The notes: generated by a model from the sequence alone, not told the origin. 32,000 nucleotides of DNA from Delftia acidovorans NBRC 14950 (GCF_001598795.1 NZ_BCZP01000005.1:30001-62000); one strand, 5' to 3'. Positions 1-9,454 are shown, counted from the stretch's first letter. Numbers and translations are program-made.

Positions 1-1146
1 GGCGCCCGGGAAGGCCAGCCCTTTGCGGGCGGCAAGCCCCTGCCCACGCCCTTCGGCACCCTCTACGGCACCAACATCACCCCCGACCCCGACCACGGCA
101 TAGGCCGCTGGACGGCCGAGGAATTCCACGCCGCCGTCACGCGCGGCACGGCGCCGGGCGGGCGCCAGCTCTACCCGGCCATGCCCTATGCCTCCTACCA
201 CCTGATGAGCCGCGAAGACTCGGACCTGATCTACGGCTACCTGATGAACATCCGGCCCGTGGCCCAGCCCAACACCAAGCCCGCCCTGCCCTTCCCCTTC
301 AACCTGCGCGTGCTCATGTTCGGCTGGAAGACGCTGTTCCTGTCCAGCGCGCCCCTGCCCGTGGGCTCGCAGGGCCAGAGCCCGGCCTGGCTGCGCGGGC
401 AGTACCTGGGCAATGTCATGGGCCACTGCGCCGAATGCCACACGCCGCGCGGCATGTTCGGCCAGATGCAGAAAGACCGCTGGCTGCAGGGCGGCACGCT
501 GTCGCTGTTCACGGCCCCCGGCATCACCGCCGAAGCCCTGGCCGCACGCGGCTGGACGCGCGAGGGCATGGCCCAGTTCCTGCAGACGGGCTTCTCGGCC
601 CACGGCAGCGCCTTCGATGAAATGCACGAGGTCATCGCCAACAGCACCCGGTACCTCACGGCCGAGGACATGACGGCGCTGTCCACCTTCCTGCTGGGCG
701 ACAACCCGCCCGCGCCCCAGCCCCTGCCGGCCGCAGCGCCTCCGGATTCCGGCACCGGCAACAGCGGGAGCAACGGCGCGGGCACGCTGGACGCGGGCCG
801 GGGCCACTACATGGCGCTGTGCGCCAGCTGCCACGGCAGCGAAGGCCTGGGCCGCAGCCTCACCATGCCCCCGCTCAAGGGCAACAGCACCGTGCGCCAG
901 GCCGACGCCCGCAACCTGGTGCTGGCCATCCTCGTCGGCCTGCCCAAGCACCCGGCCACCCAGCAGGGCCCCACGCCCCTGCCCGGCATGCCCGGCTTCA
1001 TGCAGGAACTGACCGATGGCGAAGTCGCCGCCCTGGCCAACTACACCCGCACGGCCCTGGGCGGCCAGCCTGCCGACGTGACCGCCGCCCAGGTGGCAGA
1101 CCTGCGCAGCGCAGCGGGCAAGGCGGGACACAGGCCAGCGCCCTGA
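1..1146 (+). CDS. Multi-haem cytochrome c subunit (membrane dehydrogenase cytochrome c subunit-like), 5' end outside the window
   Basis: Frame 1 is open from nt 1. Two CXXCH haem motifs (GHCAECHTPRG, LCASCHGSEG). The N-terminal part NITPDPDHGIGRWTAEEF...LYPAMPY is typical of AdhB / gluconate 2-dehydrogenase cytochrome c subunits. Stop TGA at 1144-1146. Confidence 0.85.
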   Translation, partial: GAREGQPFAGGKPLPTPFGTLYGTNITPDPDHGIGRWTAEEFHAAVTRGTAPGGRQLYPAMPYASYHLMSREDSDLIYGYLMNIRPVAQPNTKPALPFPFNLRVLMFGWKTLFLSSAPLPVGSQGQSPAWLRGQYLGNVMGHCAECHTPRGMFGQMQKDRWLQGGTLSLFTAPGITAEALAARGWTREGMAQFLQTGFSAHGSAFDEMHEVIANSTRYLTAEDMTALSTFLLGDNPPAPQPLPAAAPPDSGTGNSGSNGAGTLDAGRGHYMALCASCHGSEGLGRSLTMPPLKGNSTVRQADARNLVLAILVGLPKHPATQQGPTPLPGMPGFMQELTDGEVAALANYTRTALGGQPADVTAAQVADLRSAAGKAGHRPAP

Positions 1147-1173
1147 AACCCCGGCCTGCTCTGCAGGCCCTAG

Positions 1174-1244
1174 CCCGTATGCCCGCGCCTGCGTCGTGGC
1201 GGTTGCGGGGTTGCAGTCCTGCCGAAGGACAGGACTGCTTCGTC
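1174..1244 (+). repeat. REP-like extragenic palindromic element, single copy (partner copy at 9261-9331 in inverse orientation)
   Basis: 71 nt align with the reverse complement of 9261-9331 with 6 mismatches. Contains a 9-bp stem hairpin gcagtcctg-ccgaagga-caggactgc. Lies between the cytochrome c stop and the SDR start. Confidence 0.7.
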
Positions 1245-1367
1245 AACTGGCTGTGATCACAGCCCGAAACCCCGCCCATTGTTTCCACCACGGAACCAAC
1301 CGCGTTCCACCACCCTCCTTTGCCAGCCGCCCCTGTCTCCCTAGAGTGAAAGCAAAAGGAGACAAGC

Positions 1368-2273
1368 ATGTTCGAAGCCAATCTATTCCAGGGCCAGCGC
1401 GTCCTGATCACCGGGGGCGGCACGGGGCTGGGCCTGGCCATGGCGGCCAAGCTGGCGGAGCTGGGTGCCGAGCTGCACCTGTGCGGCCGGCGGCATTCCG
1501 TGGTGCAGCAGGCCTGCGAGATGCTGAACAACGACACGGGCGCGCAGGCCTTTGCGCATGAACTCGACATTCGCCAGCCCGAGGCCGTGCACACCGTCAT
1601 CGACCGCATCTGGGCCGAACACGGCCCGCTGACGGGCCTGGTCAACAACGCGGCCGGCAACTTCGTCAGCCGCACCGAGGACCTGAGCATCAACGGCTTC
1701 CATGCCATCTCGGACATCGTCTTCCGGGGCACCTTCTACGTCACCCAGGCCGTGGGCCGCCGCTGGATCGCCGAAGGGCTGCCGGGCTCGGTGCTGTCCA
1801 TCGTCGTCACCTGGGTGGATACGGGTTCGCCCTTCGTCGTGCCCTCGGCCATGTCCAAGGCCGGGCTGGACGCCATGACCAAATCGCTGGCCGTGGAATG
1901 GGGTCCCAAGCGCATACGGTTCAACGCGATTGCGCCGGGCGTGATTCCCACCCAGGGCGCCAGCCAGCGCCTGCGCCCCAGGATCGACGGCAACGAGGAC
2001 TCGGCCGACCGCCGCCGCCTGGACAACCCCACGCGCCGCCTGGGCACGGGCGAGGACATCGGCAACATGGCCGCCTTCATCCTGGCCCCGGGCAACACCT
2101 GGCTCAACGGCCAGACCATCACGCTGGACGGCGGCGACGCCCTGGCCAACGGCGCCTACTTCACCGAATACCAGGCCTGGGACGATGCCGACTGGGCGCG
2201 CGCCCGGCAGATGGCCAAGGCCGCCAACCAGCCCAACGTCAACGATGGGGAGCAGGAGGCCGCGCCCACATGA
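1368..2273 (+). CDS. SDR-family oxidoreductase (2,4-dienoyl-CoA reductase-like)
   Basis: Rossmann motif ITGGGTGLG, active-site region PSAMSKAGLDAMTKSLAVEW, AAGGAG Shine-Dalgarno (SD) upstream, high GC3. Confidence 0.85.
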   Translation: MFEANLFQGQRVLITGGGTGLGLAMAAKLAELGAELHLCGRRHSVVQQACEMLNNDTGAQAFAHELDIRQPEAVHTVIDRIWAEHGPLTGLVNNAAGNFVSRTEDLSINGFHAISDIVFRGTFYVTQAVGRRWIAEGLPGSVLSIVVTWVDTGSPFVVPSAMSKAGLDAMTKSLAVEWGPKRIRFNAIAPGVIPTQGASQRLRPRIDGNEDSADRRRLDNPTRRLGTGEDIGNMAAFILAPGNTWLNGQTITLDGGDALANGAYFTEYQAWDDADWARARQMAKAANQPNVNDGEQEAAPT

Positions 2274-3775
2274 GCACCGCCGCCACGCCCCATTCCACCC
2301 TGGTCTTCGAACAGCGCACGCTGACCGGTGCCGCCCAGCAGCAGCGCGGCCGCCAGCTGGCCCAGGGCCTGCGCAGCCTGGGCCTGGCCGAAGGCGACGT
2401 GCTGGCCGTCTTCCTGCGCAACGGCATCGAATACGCCGACGTGGTCCATGCCTGCCGCATTGCGGGCATCTACTACTGCCCCGTCAACTGGCATTTCACG
2501 GCCACGGAGATCGACTACATCCTGGCCGACAGCGGCGCCCGCGCCCTCATCACCAGCCAGGACCTGCTCGACGGCCTCAAGGGCGAACTCTATGCGGACC
2601 TGCCCCGGCGCGTCGCCCACGCACGCGAGCCGGAGCAGGACTACGAAACCTGGCTGGCCGCCCAGGATCCTTACGAGGGCCCGCTGGTCGCGCCGCGCGG
2701 CCACATGGCCTATACATCTGGCACCACGGGCCGCCCCAAGGGCGTGCTGCGCAAGGCGTTTCCCGTGGAAGAACTGCCCCGGCGCCTGGCCGTGAACCAG
2801 GCGCTGATCGCCACCGCCTACGGCCTGCAGCCCGGCGCGCGCACCCTGCTGACCGCGCCCATCTACCACAGCGCGCCCAGCCTGTACTTCCAGAACGCGC
2901 TCATGCTCAGCGAGCTGGTGGTGCTGGAGCCGCGCTTCGACCCCGAGCGCTTCCTGCAACTGGTGCAGGAGCACCGCATCGACACCGCCTACATGGTGCC
3001 CATCATGTACGTGCGCCTGCTCCGGCTGCCGCGCGAGGTGCGCGAGCGCTACGACATCTCCTCGCTGCGCTTCATCGCCTCCACCGGCTCGCCCTGCGCG
3101 CCCGAGGTCAAGAAGGCCATGATCGAGTGGATGGGGCCCATCATCAACGAGACCTATGCCTCCAGCGAGTCGGGCCTGGTCACCTTCATCGGCTCGGCCG
3201 ATGCCCTCACCCACCCCGGCAGCGCGGGCCTGCCGCTGCAGGACGCCGAGGTCCGCATCCTCGACAGGCAGGGCCAGGCCCTGCCCACGGGCGAGGTGGG
3301 CCTGATCTACGTGCGCCAGCCCGCCTATGCCGACTTCACCTACAAGGGCAACGATGAGGCCCGCCGCAAGATGGACCAGGGCGGCCTGATCACCCTGGGC
3401 GACATGGGCTACCTGGACGAGGAAGGCTTTCTCTACGTCTGCGACCGCGACTCGGACATGGTGATCTCCGGCGGCGTGAACATCTACCCGGCCGAGATAG
3501 AGAACGAGCTGCTCAAGCACCCCGGCATAGCAGACTGCGCCGTCATCGGCGTGCCCGATGCCGAGTACGGCGAACGGCTGCTGGCCCTGGTCGAGCCCGG
3601 CCAGTCAGGCACACTGCCCGAGGCGGAACTGAAAGAATGGCTGCGCGGCCGGCTGGCGGCCTACAAGCTGCCGCGCAGCTTCGTCTTCCAGCGCCTGCCC
3701 CGCGACGACAACGGAAAGATCGCCAAAAGAAAGCTGCGCGACGCCCACTGGGGCGCGACGCAGCGCAAGATCTGA
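2270..3775 (+). CDS. AMP-dependent acyl-CoA synthetase/ligase
   Basis: AMP-binding motif MAYTSGTTGRPKGV and GDMGYLDEEGFLYVCDRDSDMVISGGVNIYPAEIE. The ATG at 2270 overlaps the SDR stop (ATGA). The part of the long ORF upstream of 2270 (1898-2269) overlaps the SDR gene and is rejected. Confidence 0.85.
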   Translation: MSTAATPHSTLVFEQRTLTGAAQQQRGRQLAQGLRSLGLAEGDVLAVFLRNGIEYADVVHACRIAGIYYCPVNWHFTATEIDYILADSGARALITSQDLLDGLKGELYADLPRRVAHAREPEQDYETWLAAQDPYEGPLVAPRGHMAYTSGTTGRPKGVLRKAFPVEELPRRLAVNQALIATAYGLQPGARTLLTAPIYHSAPSLYFQNALMLSELVVLEPRFDPERFLQLVQEHRIDTAYMVPIMYVRLLRLPREVRERYDISSLRFIASTGSPCAPEVKKAMIEWMGPIINETYASSESGLVTFIGSADALTHPGSAGLPLQDAEVRILDRQGQALPTGEVGLIYVRQPAYADFTYKGNDEARRKMDQGGLITLGDMGYLDEEGFLYVCDRDSDMVISGGVNIYPAEIENELLKHPGIADCAVIGVPDAEYGERLLALVEPGQSGTLPEAELKEWLRGRLAAYKLPRSFVFQRLPRDDNGKIAKRKLRDAHWGATQRKI

Positions 3776-3808
3776 ACCCGCCAACACCGAAAGAGAAGGA
3801 GACAACGC

Positions 3809-4786
3809 ATGAACAAGGCCATCGCATTGCTGCTTGCCGCTGCGGCCACCGCAGCCGCAGCCCCCGGGTTCGCCCAGTCCGACTACCCCAGCAAGCCCAT
3901 CAAGCTCATCGCCCCGTATGCACCGGGCGGCTCGGTCGATGTGCTGGCCCGCACCCTGGCCACGCACCTGTCCACGGAGCTCAAGCAGTCCGTGGTCGTG
4001 GAGAACCGGCCGGGTGCCAACACCATGATTGCCGCCTCGGCCGTGGCGCGCTCGCCGGCCGACGGCTACACCCTGCTGCTGGCCAGCAATGCCAGCATGG
4101 TCCTCAACCCCCTGCTCTACAAGAAGCTGAGCTACAACCCCGACCGGGAGCTGAAGCTCACCAACATCCTGGCCGAGGCCCCGCTGGTGCTGGTCACCAA
4201 CAGCCAGACCGGCATCAAAAACGTGGCCGACCTCAAGGCCTACTCCAAGGCGCACGCGGGCAAGCTCAACTACAGCTCGGTCGGCCTGGGCAACCCGCTG
4301 CAGCTGACCACCGAGCTGATCAAGTCGCGCCTGGACGTGGCCGCCACCCACATTCCCTTCAACGGCAGCGCCCCGGCCCTCACCGCCCTCATGGCCAACG
4401 ACACCCAGCTCATGGTGGACGTGGCCGGCACCTCCCTGCCCCACATCAAGGCCGGCAAGCTGGTGGCCATTGCCACCACCGGGCCGGAGCGCTCGCAGTT
4501 CCTGCCGCAGACGCCCACCATTGCCGAATCGGGCGTGCCGGGCTTCAGGGCCTCCACCTGGTTCGGCATTGCCGTGCCCGCAGGCACGCCGGCCGACGCG
4601 CGCAACACCCTGCAGGCCGCCGTCAACAAGGTCATGCTCAACCCCGAGTTCGCCAGCGCCCTGGGCAACCAGACCCTGGCCGCCAGAAAGCCCCAGACCC
4701 AGGCCCAGCTCGACGACTTCCTGGCCGCTGACGGCCAGATGTGGCGCAAGGTGATCGCGGACAACGCGATTGCGCTGGAAAACTGA
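3809..4786 (+). CDS. Bug-family (TctC-like) tripartite tricarboxylate transporter substrate-binding protein
   Basis: Signal peptide MNKAIALLLAAAATAAAAPGFA. Family motif KPIKLIAPYAPGGSVDVLAR. GGAGA SD upstream. Confidence 0.85.
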   Translation: MNKAIALLLAAAATAAAAPGFAQSDYPSKPIKLIAPYAPGGSVDVLARTLATHLSTELKQSVVVENRPGANTMIAASAVARSPADGYTLLLASNASMVLNPLLYKKLSYNPDRELKLTNILAEAPLVLVTNSQTGIKNVADLKAYSKAHAGKLNYSSVGLGNPLQLTTELIKSRLDVAATHIPFNGSAPALTALMANDTQLMVDVAGTSLPHIKAGKLVAIATTGPERSQFLPQTPTIAESGVPGFRASTWFGIAVPAGTPADARNTLQAAVNKVMLNPEFASALGNQTLAARKPQTQAQLDDFLAADGQMWRKVIADNAIALEN

Positions 4787-4806
4787 AGCACTGGTGAACC
4801 GAGGCG

Positions 4807-5721
4807 CTAAGGCCCGGGCTCCCCGGCCTGCTCCACGAAACGCAGCAGGCTGGCCCTGAGGAACTCGGTCATCACCTTGACGGCATGCGAGGGCCGCCGG
4901 TCCTCGGCCGTGATGATGTACAGCCGGTCGCCCAGGCCGGACACCGTCCAGTCCGGGCACACGCGCTGCACCGCGCCCGATCGCAGCTCGTCCATCACCA
5001 TGTAGTTGGGCAAGGTGGCCACGCCGCTTCCCCGGAGCATGGACTGCTTGAGGAAGGGGAAATGCTCGCTGGTGATGCAGGGCTCGCACTTGAGCGCAAT
5101 CTCCTGCTGCCCCTTTTTCACCGAGACGGCATAGGTCTTGCCGTCGCCGGGCGGCGTCAGCAGCACGCCGTGGGGAATCTCGGCAGGGTCGTGGAACGGC
5201 CGCGCCTTGGCATAGGCGCTGCTGGCATACAGGCCAAAGCCCACCGGCCCCAGATCGCGCGCCACCAAGTGCTCCTGCACGTCGCGCGCCACGCGCACGG
5301 CCACATCCACCTGGGCGCTCATGGGATCGCTCACCCGGTTGGAGAACAGCACGCGGATGCGCACCTGCGGGTGCCGCTTCTGGAAGGCCAGCAGCATGTC
5401 GGCCAGGTACAGCTCGCCCAGGCCCGTGGGAATGCTCAGCCGCACCGAGCCCGTCACCACATGCTGCAGCGCGTCGATGGCGCCCTGCGCCGCCTCCACC
5501 TCCTGGATGATGCTGCGCCCGTGCTCGTACAGCACCTCGCCCGCCGCCGTCAGCAAAAAGCTGCGCGTCGTGCGGTGCAGCAGGGTCACGCCCAGCGCCG
5601 TCTCCAGCGCCTTGAGCTCCTTGCTCACCTTGGAGCGCGTGATGTCGCGCTTGCGCGCCGCAGCGCTGAGGCTGCGCGCGTCCACGATCTCTACGAAATT
5701 GCGGATGAGGTTGATGTCCAT
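4807..5721 (-). CDS. LysR-family transcriptional regulator
   Basis: N-terminal HTH MDINLIRNFVEIVDARSLSAAARKRDITRSKVSKELKALE. Start moved to the internal ATG at 5721 (codon 40 of the listed ORF), where the HTH begins. Confidence 0.85.
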   Translation of the reverse strand: MDINLIRNFVEIVDARSLSAAARKRDITRSKVSKELKALETALGVTLLHRTTRSFLLTAAGEVLYEHGRSIIQEVEAAQGAIDALQHVVTGSVRLSIPTGLGELYLADMLLAFQKRHPQVRIRVLFSNRVSDPMSAQVDVAVRVARDVQEHLVARDLGPVGFGLYASSAYAKARPFHDPAEIPHGVLLTPPGDGKTYAVSVKKGQQEIALKCEPCITSEHFPFLKQSMLRGSGVATLPNYMVMDELRSGAVQRVCPDWTVSGLGDRLYIITAEDRRPSHAVKVMTEFLRASLLRFVEQAGEPGP

Positions 5722-5871
5722 GGCTTGAGGCGGCAGGTCAGGCGGCCCGCCTTGTGCACGGCCGCAGGCAACGCGCCAGGACCGCCACCCCCGGACTATG
5801 GCACCGTCACGACGCCTGGCCCCGCCCCCCGTGGGCACCGGGGCACAGGGCTTTCCCCGGTGCCCGCCGCA

Positions 5872-6876
5872 TCAGTCCAGGCTGATCTGCGACGAAGCGG
5901 CCACCTGCTTCCAGGTCGTCACATCCTTGAGGATCACCGCACCGAACTGCTCCGGCGTATTGGCCACCACCGTGCCGCCCAGCTCTGCCAGGCGCTGGCG
6001 CAGCTGCGGATCGGCCAGGGCCTGCACGCTGGCCTTGTGCAGCTTGTCGCGGATGTCCTTGGGCAGGCCCTTGGGCGCCAGCAGGCCGTTCCAGGCCTGC
6101 ACGGCGTAGCCGGGCACGCCGGACTCGGCAAAGGTCGGCACATCGGGCAGCTCGCTGCTGCGCTGGGCCGTGGCCACGGCCAGCGGGCGGATCTTGCCGG
6201 ACTTGATGTGCGGCAGCGAGGCCGGCAGCGGCTCCCACAGCATGGACACCTGGCCGCCGATCAGATCGGTGAAGGCCGGGCCAGCGCCACGGTAGGGCAC
6301 ATGCATGATCTGCACGCCCGCCTTGGCCTTGAACAGCTCCATGGCCAGATGGCCCAGCCCGCCCGCGCCCGAGGACGCATACGACAGATGGCCCGGCTGC
6401 GCCTTGGCCAGCGCGATCAGCTCCTTCAGATTGGCCGCCTTGACCGAGGGATGCACGCTGAGCACGCCCGGCACCGTGATCACCTGGGTGATGGGCGTGA
6501 AATCCTTCACCGCGTCATACGGCAGCTTGGTGTAGACGGCCGGATTCGTGCCGTGCGTGCTGGACGTGGCGCCCAGCAGCGTATAGCCGTCCGGCTTGGC
6601 ATCGGCCACGAAGCGGGTGCCCAGCGAGCCACCGGCACCGGCCTTGTTCTCCACGATCACCGAGGCGCCCAGCACCTTGCCCAGTTGCTGCGCGAACAGG
6701 CGGTTCACCACATCGGCCGTGCCGCCGGGCGGAAACGGCACGATCAGGCGGATGGGCTCGGCCGTGGGCCAGCCGGCATCGGCCGCCAGGGCCGACTGCG
6801 CGGGCGCCAGGGCGCCCAGGGCCAGGGCCGCCGTGGTTGCAGACAGGCTGCGGATCATGAAATTGCGGCGTTGCAT
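5872..6876 (-). CDS. Bug-family (TctC-like) substrate-binding protein
   Basis: MQRRNFMIRSLSATTAALALGALAPAQSALA signal peptide (Tat-like RR), motif PIRLIVPFPPGGTADVV, GGAGAA SD before the ATG at 6876. Confidence 0.85.
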   Translation of the reverse strand: MQRRNFMIRSLSATTAALALGALAPAQSALAADAGWPTAEPIRLIVPFPPGGTADVVNRLFAQQLGKVLGASVIVENKAGAGGSLGTRFVADAKPDGYTLLGATSSTHGTNPAVYTKLPYDAVKDFTPITQVITVPGVLSVHPSVKAANLKELIALAKAQPGHLSYASSGAGGLGHLAMELFKAKAGVQIMHVPYRGAGPAFTDLIGGQVSMLWEPLPASLPHIKSGKIRPLAVATAQRSSELPDVPTFAESGVPGYAVQAWNGLLAPKGLPKDIRDKLHKASVQALADPQLRQRLAELGGTVVANTPEQFGAVILKDVTTWKQVAASSQISLD

Positions 6877-6922
6877 GAGATTTTTCTCCTCGTTGAAATT
6901 CTTCGGGACCAGCACTCTCCAG

Positions 6923-7891
6923 TCACCGGCCCAGGCGCTCCAGCCAGGCCAGCACCCGGCCCAGCACCTCGTCGCCATTGGTGTCCAGCATGCAGAAATG
7001 CGAATTGCCGGTGATGCCTGCGGCCGGCAGGTCCAGCACCTCGGCACGGCCGCCCAGGCGGCGCAGCAGCTGCCAATACACATCGGTCTGCGCGCGGTAC
7101 TTCTGCCACTGCGGGCTGTGCGCGAAATGGTCGCCCCACACCGCCAGATGCGGGATGGCCGAGGCAGGCGCGAAGGCATCCGCCCCCTCCTGCCCCTGTT
7201 GCCCCTGCTGCCCTTCTTGCACCACCGGCATGCCCGTAGGCTCCACCCCCACCACGGCGCGCACCAGGTGCGGCTTTCGGACGGCCGCATGCGCGGCAAA
7301 GCCACCGCCCTGGCTGTGGCCCATCACCACGCAAGGGCCGAACTGCTCCAGCAGCGCGTCATAGGCCGCCATGGCCATGGCCTCATGCCCCAGCCAGCGC
7401 GGCACCATCTGCCGCACCAAGGCACCAAAATTCTCATGTGGAAACCGCTGGCCGACGAAGGGCTCGCCCACACCGTCGCCCGAAGGCGCGCCATGGCCTA
7501 TGCGAAACAGCTGCCACGCCTCCTCGGCACTGCGAAACACGGGCGCCTCGGCATAGATCTGGGGGAACATCGCCCAGCCCGCGCGGCCGCGCTCCACGGC
7601 ATCGCAGACCACCACGTCGTGGCCGGCCTCCAGCAGGCGCCACAGCCAGCCCTGGCGCCCATCGGGCGTGGACTCCCACTGCGCACCGGTCATGCCACCG
7701 CCATGCCACAGCAGCACGGGCAGAGGGCTGCGCGGACGCGCCAGCCGGTATTCCATGGCATACATCTGGCCCACGGCATAGCTGCCATTCATGTCCAGCG
7801 GCCGCTCGCCGCCATTGCGCACCACTTCCCTGTGCTGGATCGGCAGATCCCGCACCGTGCGCTGCGCACCGCCAATGAAATGGCTTTGCAT
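6923..7891 (-). CDS. Alpha/beta-fold hydrolase (esterase-like)
   Basis: Nucleophile elbow VVMGHSQGG. AGGAAG SD before the ATG at 7891. Contains a short QEGQQGQQGQEG insert encoded by 9-bp repeats near 7190-7225. Confidence 0.7.
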   Translation of the reverse strand: MQSHFIGGAQRTVRDLPIQHREVVRNGGERPLDMNGSYAVGQMYAMEYRLARPRSPLPVLLWHGGGMTGAQWESTPDGRQGWLWRLLEAGHDVVVCDAVERGRAGWAMFPQIYAEAPVFRSAEEAWQLFRIGHGAPSGDGVGEPFVGQRFPHENFGALVRQMVPRWLGHEAMAMAAYDALLEQFGPCVVMGHSQGGGFAAHAAVRKPHLVRAVVGVEPTGMPVVQEGQQGQQGQEGADAFAPASAIPHLAVWGDHFAHSPQWQKYRAQTDVYWQLLRRLGGRAEVLDLPAAGITGNSHFCMLDTNGDEVLGRVLAWLERLGR

Positions 7892-7984
7892 CTTCCTGAG
7901 GCAAACTTCAGGCATAACAGGGCTTCTCTCGCATGCCGCCATGCTAGGCATGCCCCGCCTTGGTGCTGTGCCGATTGCGGCGGC

Positions 7985-8005
7985 GCTGTGCCGGATCAGC
8001 ACAGC
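7985..8005. promoter_or_regulatory. Candidate LysR-type operator: GCTGTGC-N7-GCACAGC
   Basis: Perfect 7-bp inverted repeat 19-39 nt upstream of the LysR start at 8024, in the divergent hydrolase/LysR spacer. The half-site GCTGTGCCG is also repeated directly at 7965-7973. Confidence 0.35.
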
Positions 8006-8023
8006 CCTGCGCCCACCCTACCC

Positions 8024-8959
8024 ATGCACGAACTCAACCTCAAACTGCTGCAGGACCTGCAGGCCCTGGCCGACACCGGCAGCCTCTACAAGGCCGCCGA
8101 GCGCCGCCACATCACCCACCCTGCCTTTGGCCGCCGCATCCGCGCGCTGGAGGAATGGGCGGGCACGCCCCTGGTCGAGCGCGGCCACCAGTCCACCACG
8201 CTCACGGCCGCCGGCAAGACGCTGCTGGCCTCGGCCCATGAAGTGCTGGGCATCCTGGAGCAGACCCACGGCCTGCTGCAGCGCCCGCAACGCACGCGCG
8301 ATGAAACCATCACCATCGCGGCCGGCCGCACGCTGTCGCACACCGTCCTGCCGGGCATCATCACCGCCCTCAACCAGGCCATGCCCCAGCTGTGCTGGAA
8401 AGTGGTCACCACCAGCCTGGACTACGGCGTGGAAATGCTGCTGCAAGGCAAGGTGGACCTGCTCATGTGCCACGCCCAGCCCGCCATCGAAGGGAGCCTG
8501 CAGGGCCACCACCTGGCCTGGCTGCCCGTGGGCCAGGACACGCTGATCCCCGTCAGCATCCCCCTGGTCCCCCAATTGCCCAAATACGCCCTGCCCGCCC
8601 ACGGCGGCGGCCCGCTGGTGCCCTACCTGGACTACGCGCAAAGCATGTCCCTGGGCAAGATCCTGCGCAGCCACCTGCACGAGCTGTGCGACACCACGCG
8701 CCTGCGCACCGTCTACGAGGCCGACCTCGCCGACTCCCTGCACGCCATGGTCCACCAGGGCCTGGGCCTGGCCTGGCTGCCGCTCACCCTGGTCAAAGCC
8801 GACCTGACCGAGGGCCGCCTGGCCCGCGCGGCCGGGCCCGACAAGGACGTGCCCATCAACGTGCGGCTGTACCGCCGGCCTGCGGCCCAAAGCAAGCCGC
8901 TCACGCGCAGGGTGTGGGCGGGGTTGGAGAATCTTTATGGGAGGAGTCAGAAGTCGTGA
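8024..8959 (+). CDS. LysR-family transcriptional regulator
   Basis: HTH LYKAAERRHITHPAFGRRIRALEEWAGTPLVER. Start at MHELNLKLL. The listed ORF 6596-8959 is only coding from 8024. Confidence 0.85.
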   Translation: MHELNLKLLQDLQALADTGSLYKAAERRHITHPAFGRRIRALEEWAGTPLVERGHQSTTLTAAGKTLLASAHEVLGILEQTHGLLQRPQRTRDETITIAAGRTLSHTVLPGIITALNQAMPQLCWKVVTTSLDYGVEMLLQGKVDLLMCHAQPAIEGSLQGHHLAWLPVGQDTLIPVSIPLVPQLPKYALPAHGGGPLVPYLDYAQSMSLGKILRSHLHELCDTTRLRTVYEADLADSLHAMVHQGLGLAWLPLTLVKADLTEGRLARAAGPDKDVPINVRLYRRPAAQSKPLTRRVWAGLENLYGRSQKS

Positions 8960-9178
8960 GGCGGGCGGGCCAGTCCATGCGACTATGCTGCTGCGGCTTT
9001 GCGTTCTTGGACGCCTGCAAATTTGAGCGCCGCGCGCTCTTCTTGCCCCTGCCGGGCGGTTTCTTTTAGAGGCCGGGTCTCGGCCCTGCAGCCGACTGCC
9101 CTTTCTTGATTCGCCAAGAAAGGTCAGATCAAAGAAGGCGACCCGAATGTCCGCGACCCTCCGCTTCGCTGCGGGCAA

Positions 9179-9331
9179 CCTGCGTCGTGGCGGTTGCGGG
9201 GTTCGCCGTGAAACTCACTTCGCGCTGCGCGCTACGTTCAGACATCACGGCGAGTCAGATGACGAAGCAAGCCTATCCTTCGGCAGGCTTGCAACCCCGC
9301 AACCGCCACGACGCAGGCGCGTGCATACGGG
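9179..9331. repeat. Composite REP doublet (REPIN/MITE-like nested palindrome)
   Basis: Perfect 25-bp inverted repeat cctgcgtcgtggcggttgcggggtt (9179-9203) / its complement (9293-9317), separated by 89 nt. Inner 9-bp stem 9202-9210 / 9245-9253. The right arm 9261-9331 is an inverted copy of 1174-1244. Confidence 0.7.
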
Positions 9332-9454
9332 AGGGGGAAGAGGCAGCAGACGCAGGCAGCGGGCGCGCCCAGGACTTTCCCCTTGGCCCCGCTGCGGCCT
9401 TGAACTAGCATGGCCTGCACCGCCCCAGCCGGGGCGGATCTTCCTTGGGCATCG

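Noticed and set aside
4885-7014. Very long alternative-frame or antisense ORFs in the high-GC parts. Examples: 4885-7014 (+, 709 aa), 3605-5089 (-), 2156-3520 (-), 14770-16764 (+), 18607-20373 (-), 20585-21733 (-) and 22843-23964 (+).
   Set aside because: They are Arg/Ala/Gly/His/Pro-rich with no motifs, and they lie opposite or out of frame to ORFs with clear family signatures. These are typical stop-codon-poor shadow frames of roughly 70% GC DNA.
6596-8023. 5' extension of the 787-aa ORF that ends as the second LysR. The same applies to 1898-2269 ahead of the acyl-CoA synthetase.
   Set aside because: The extensions run antisense to, or overlap, well-supported genes and have junk composition. 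The recognisable domains start at 8024 and 2270.
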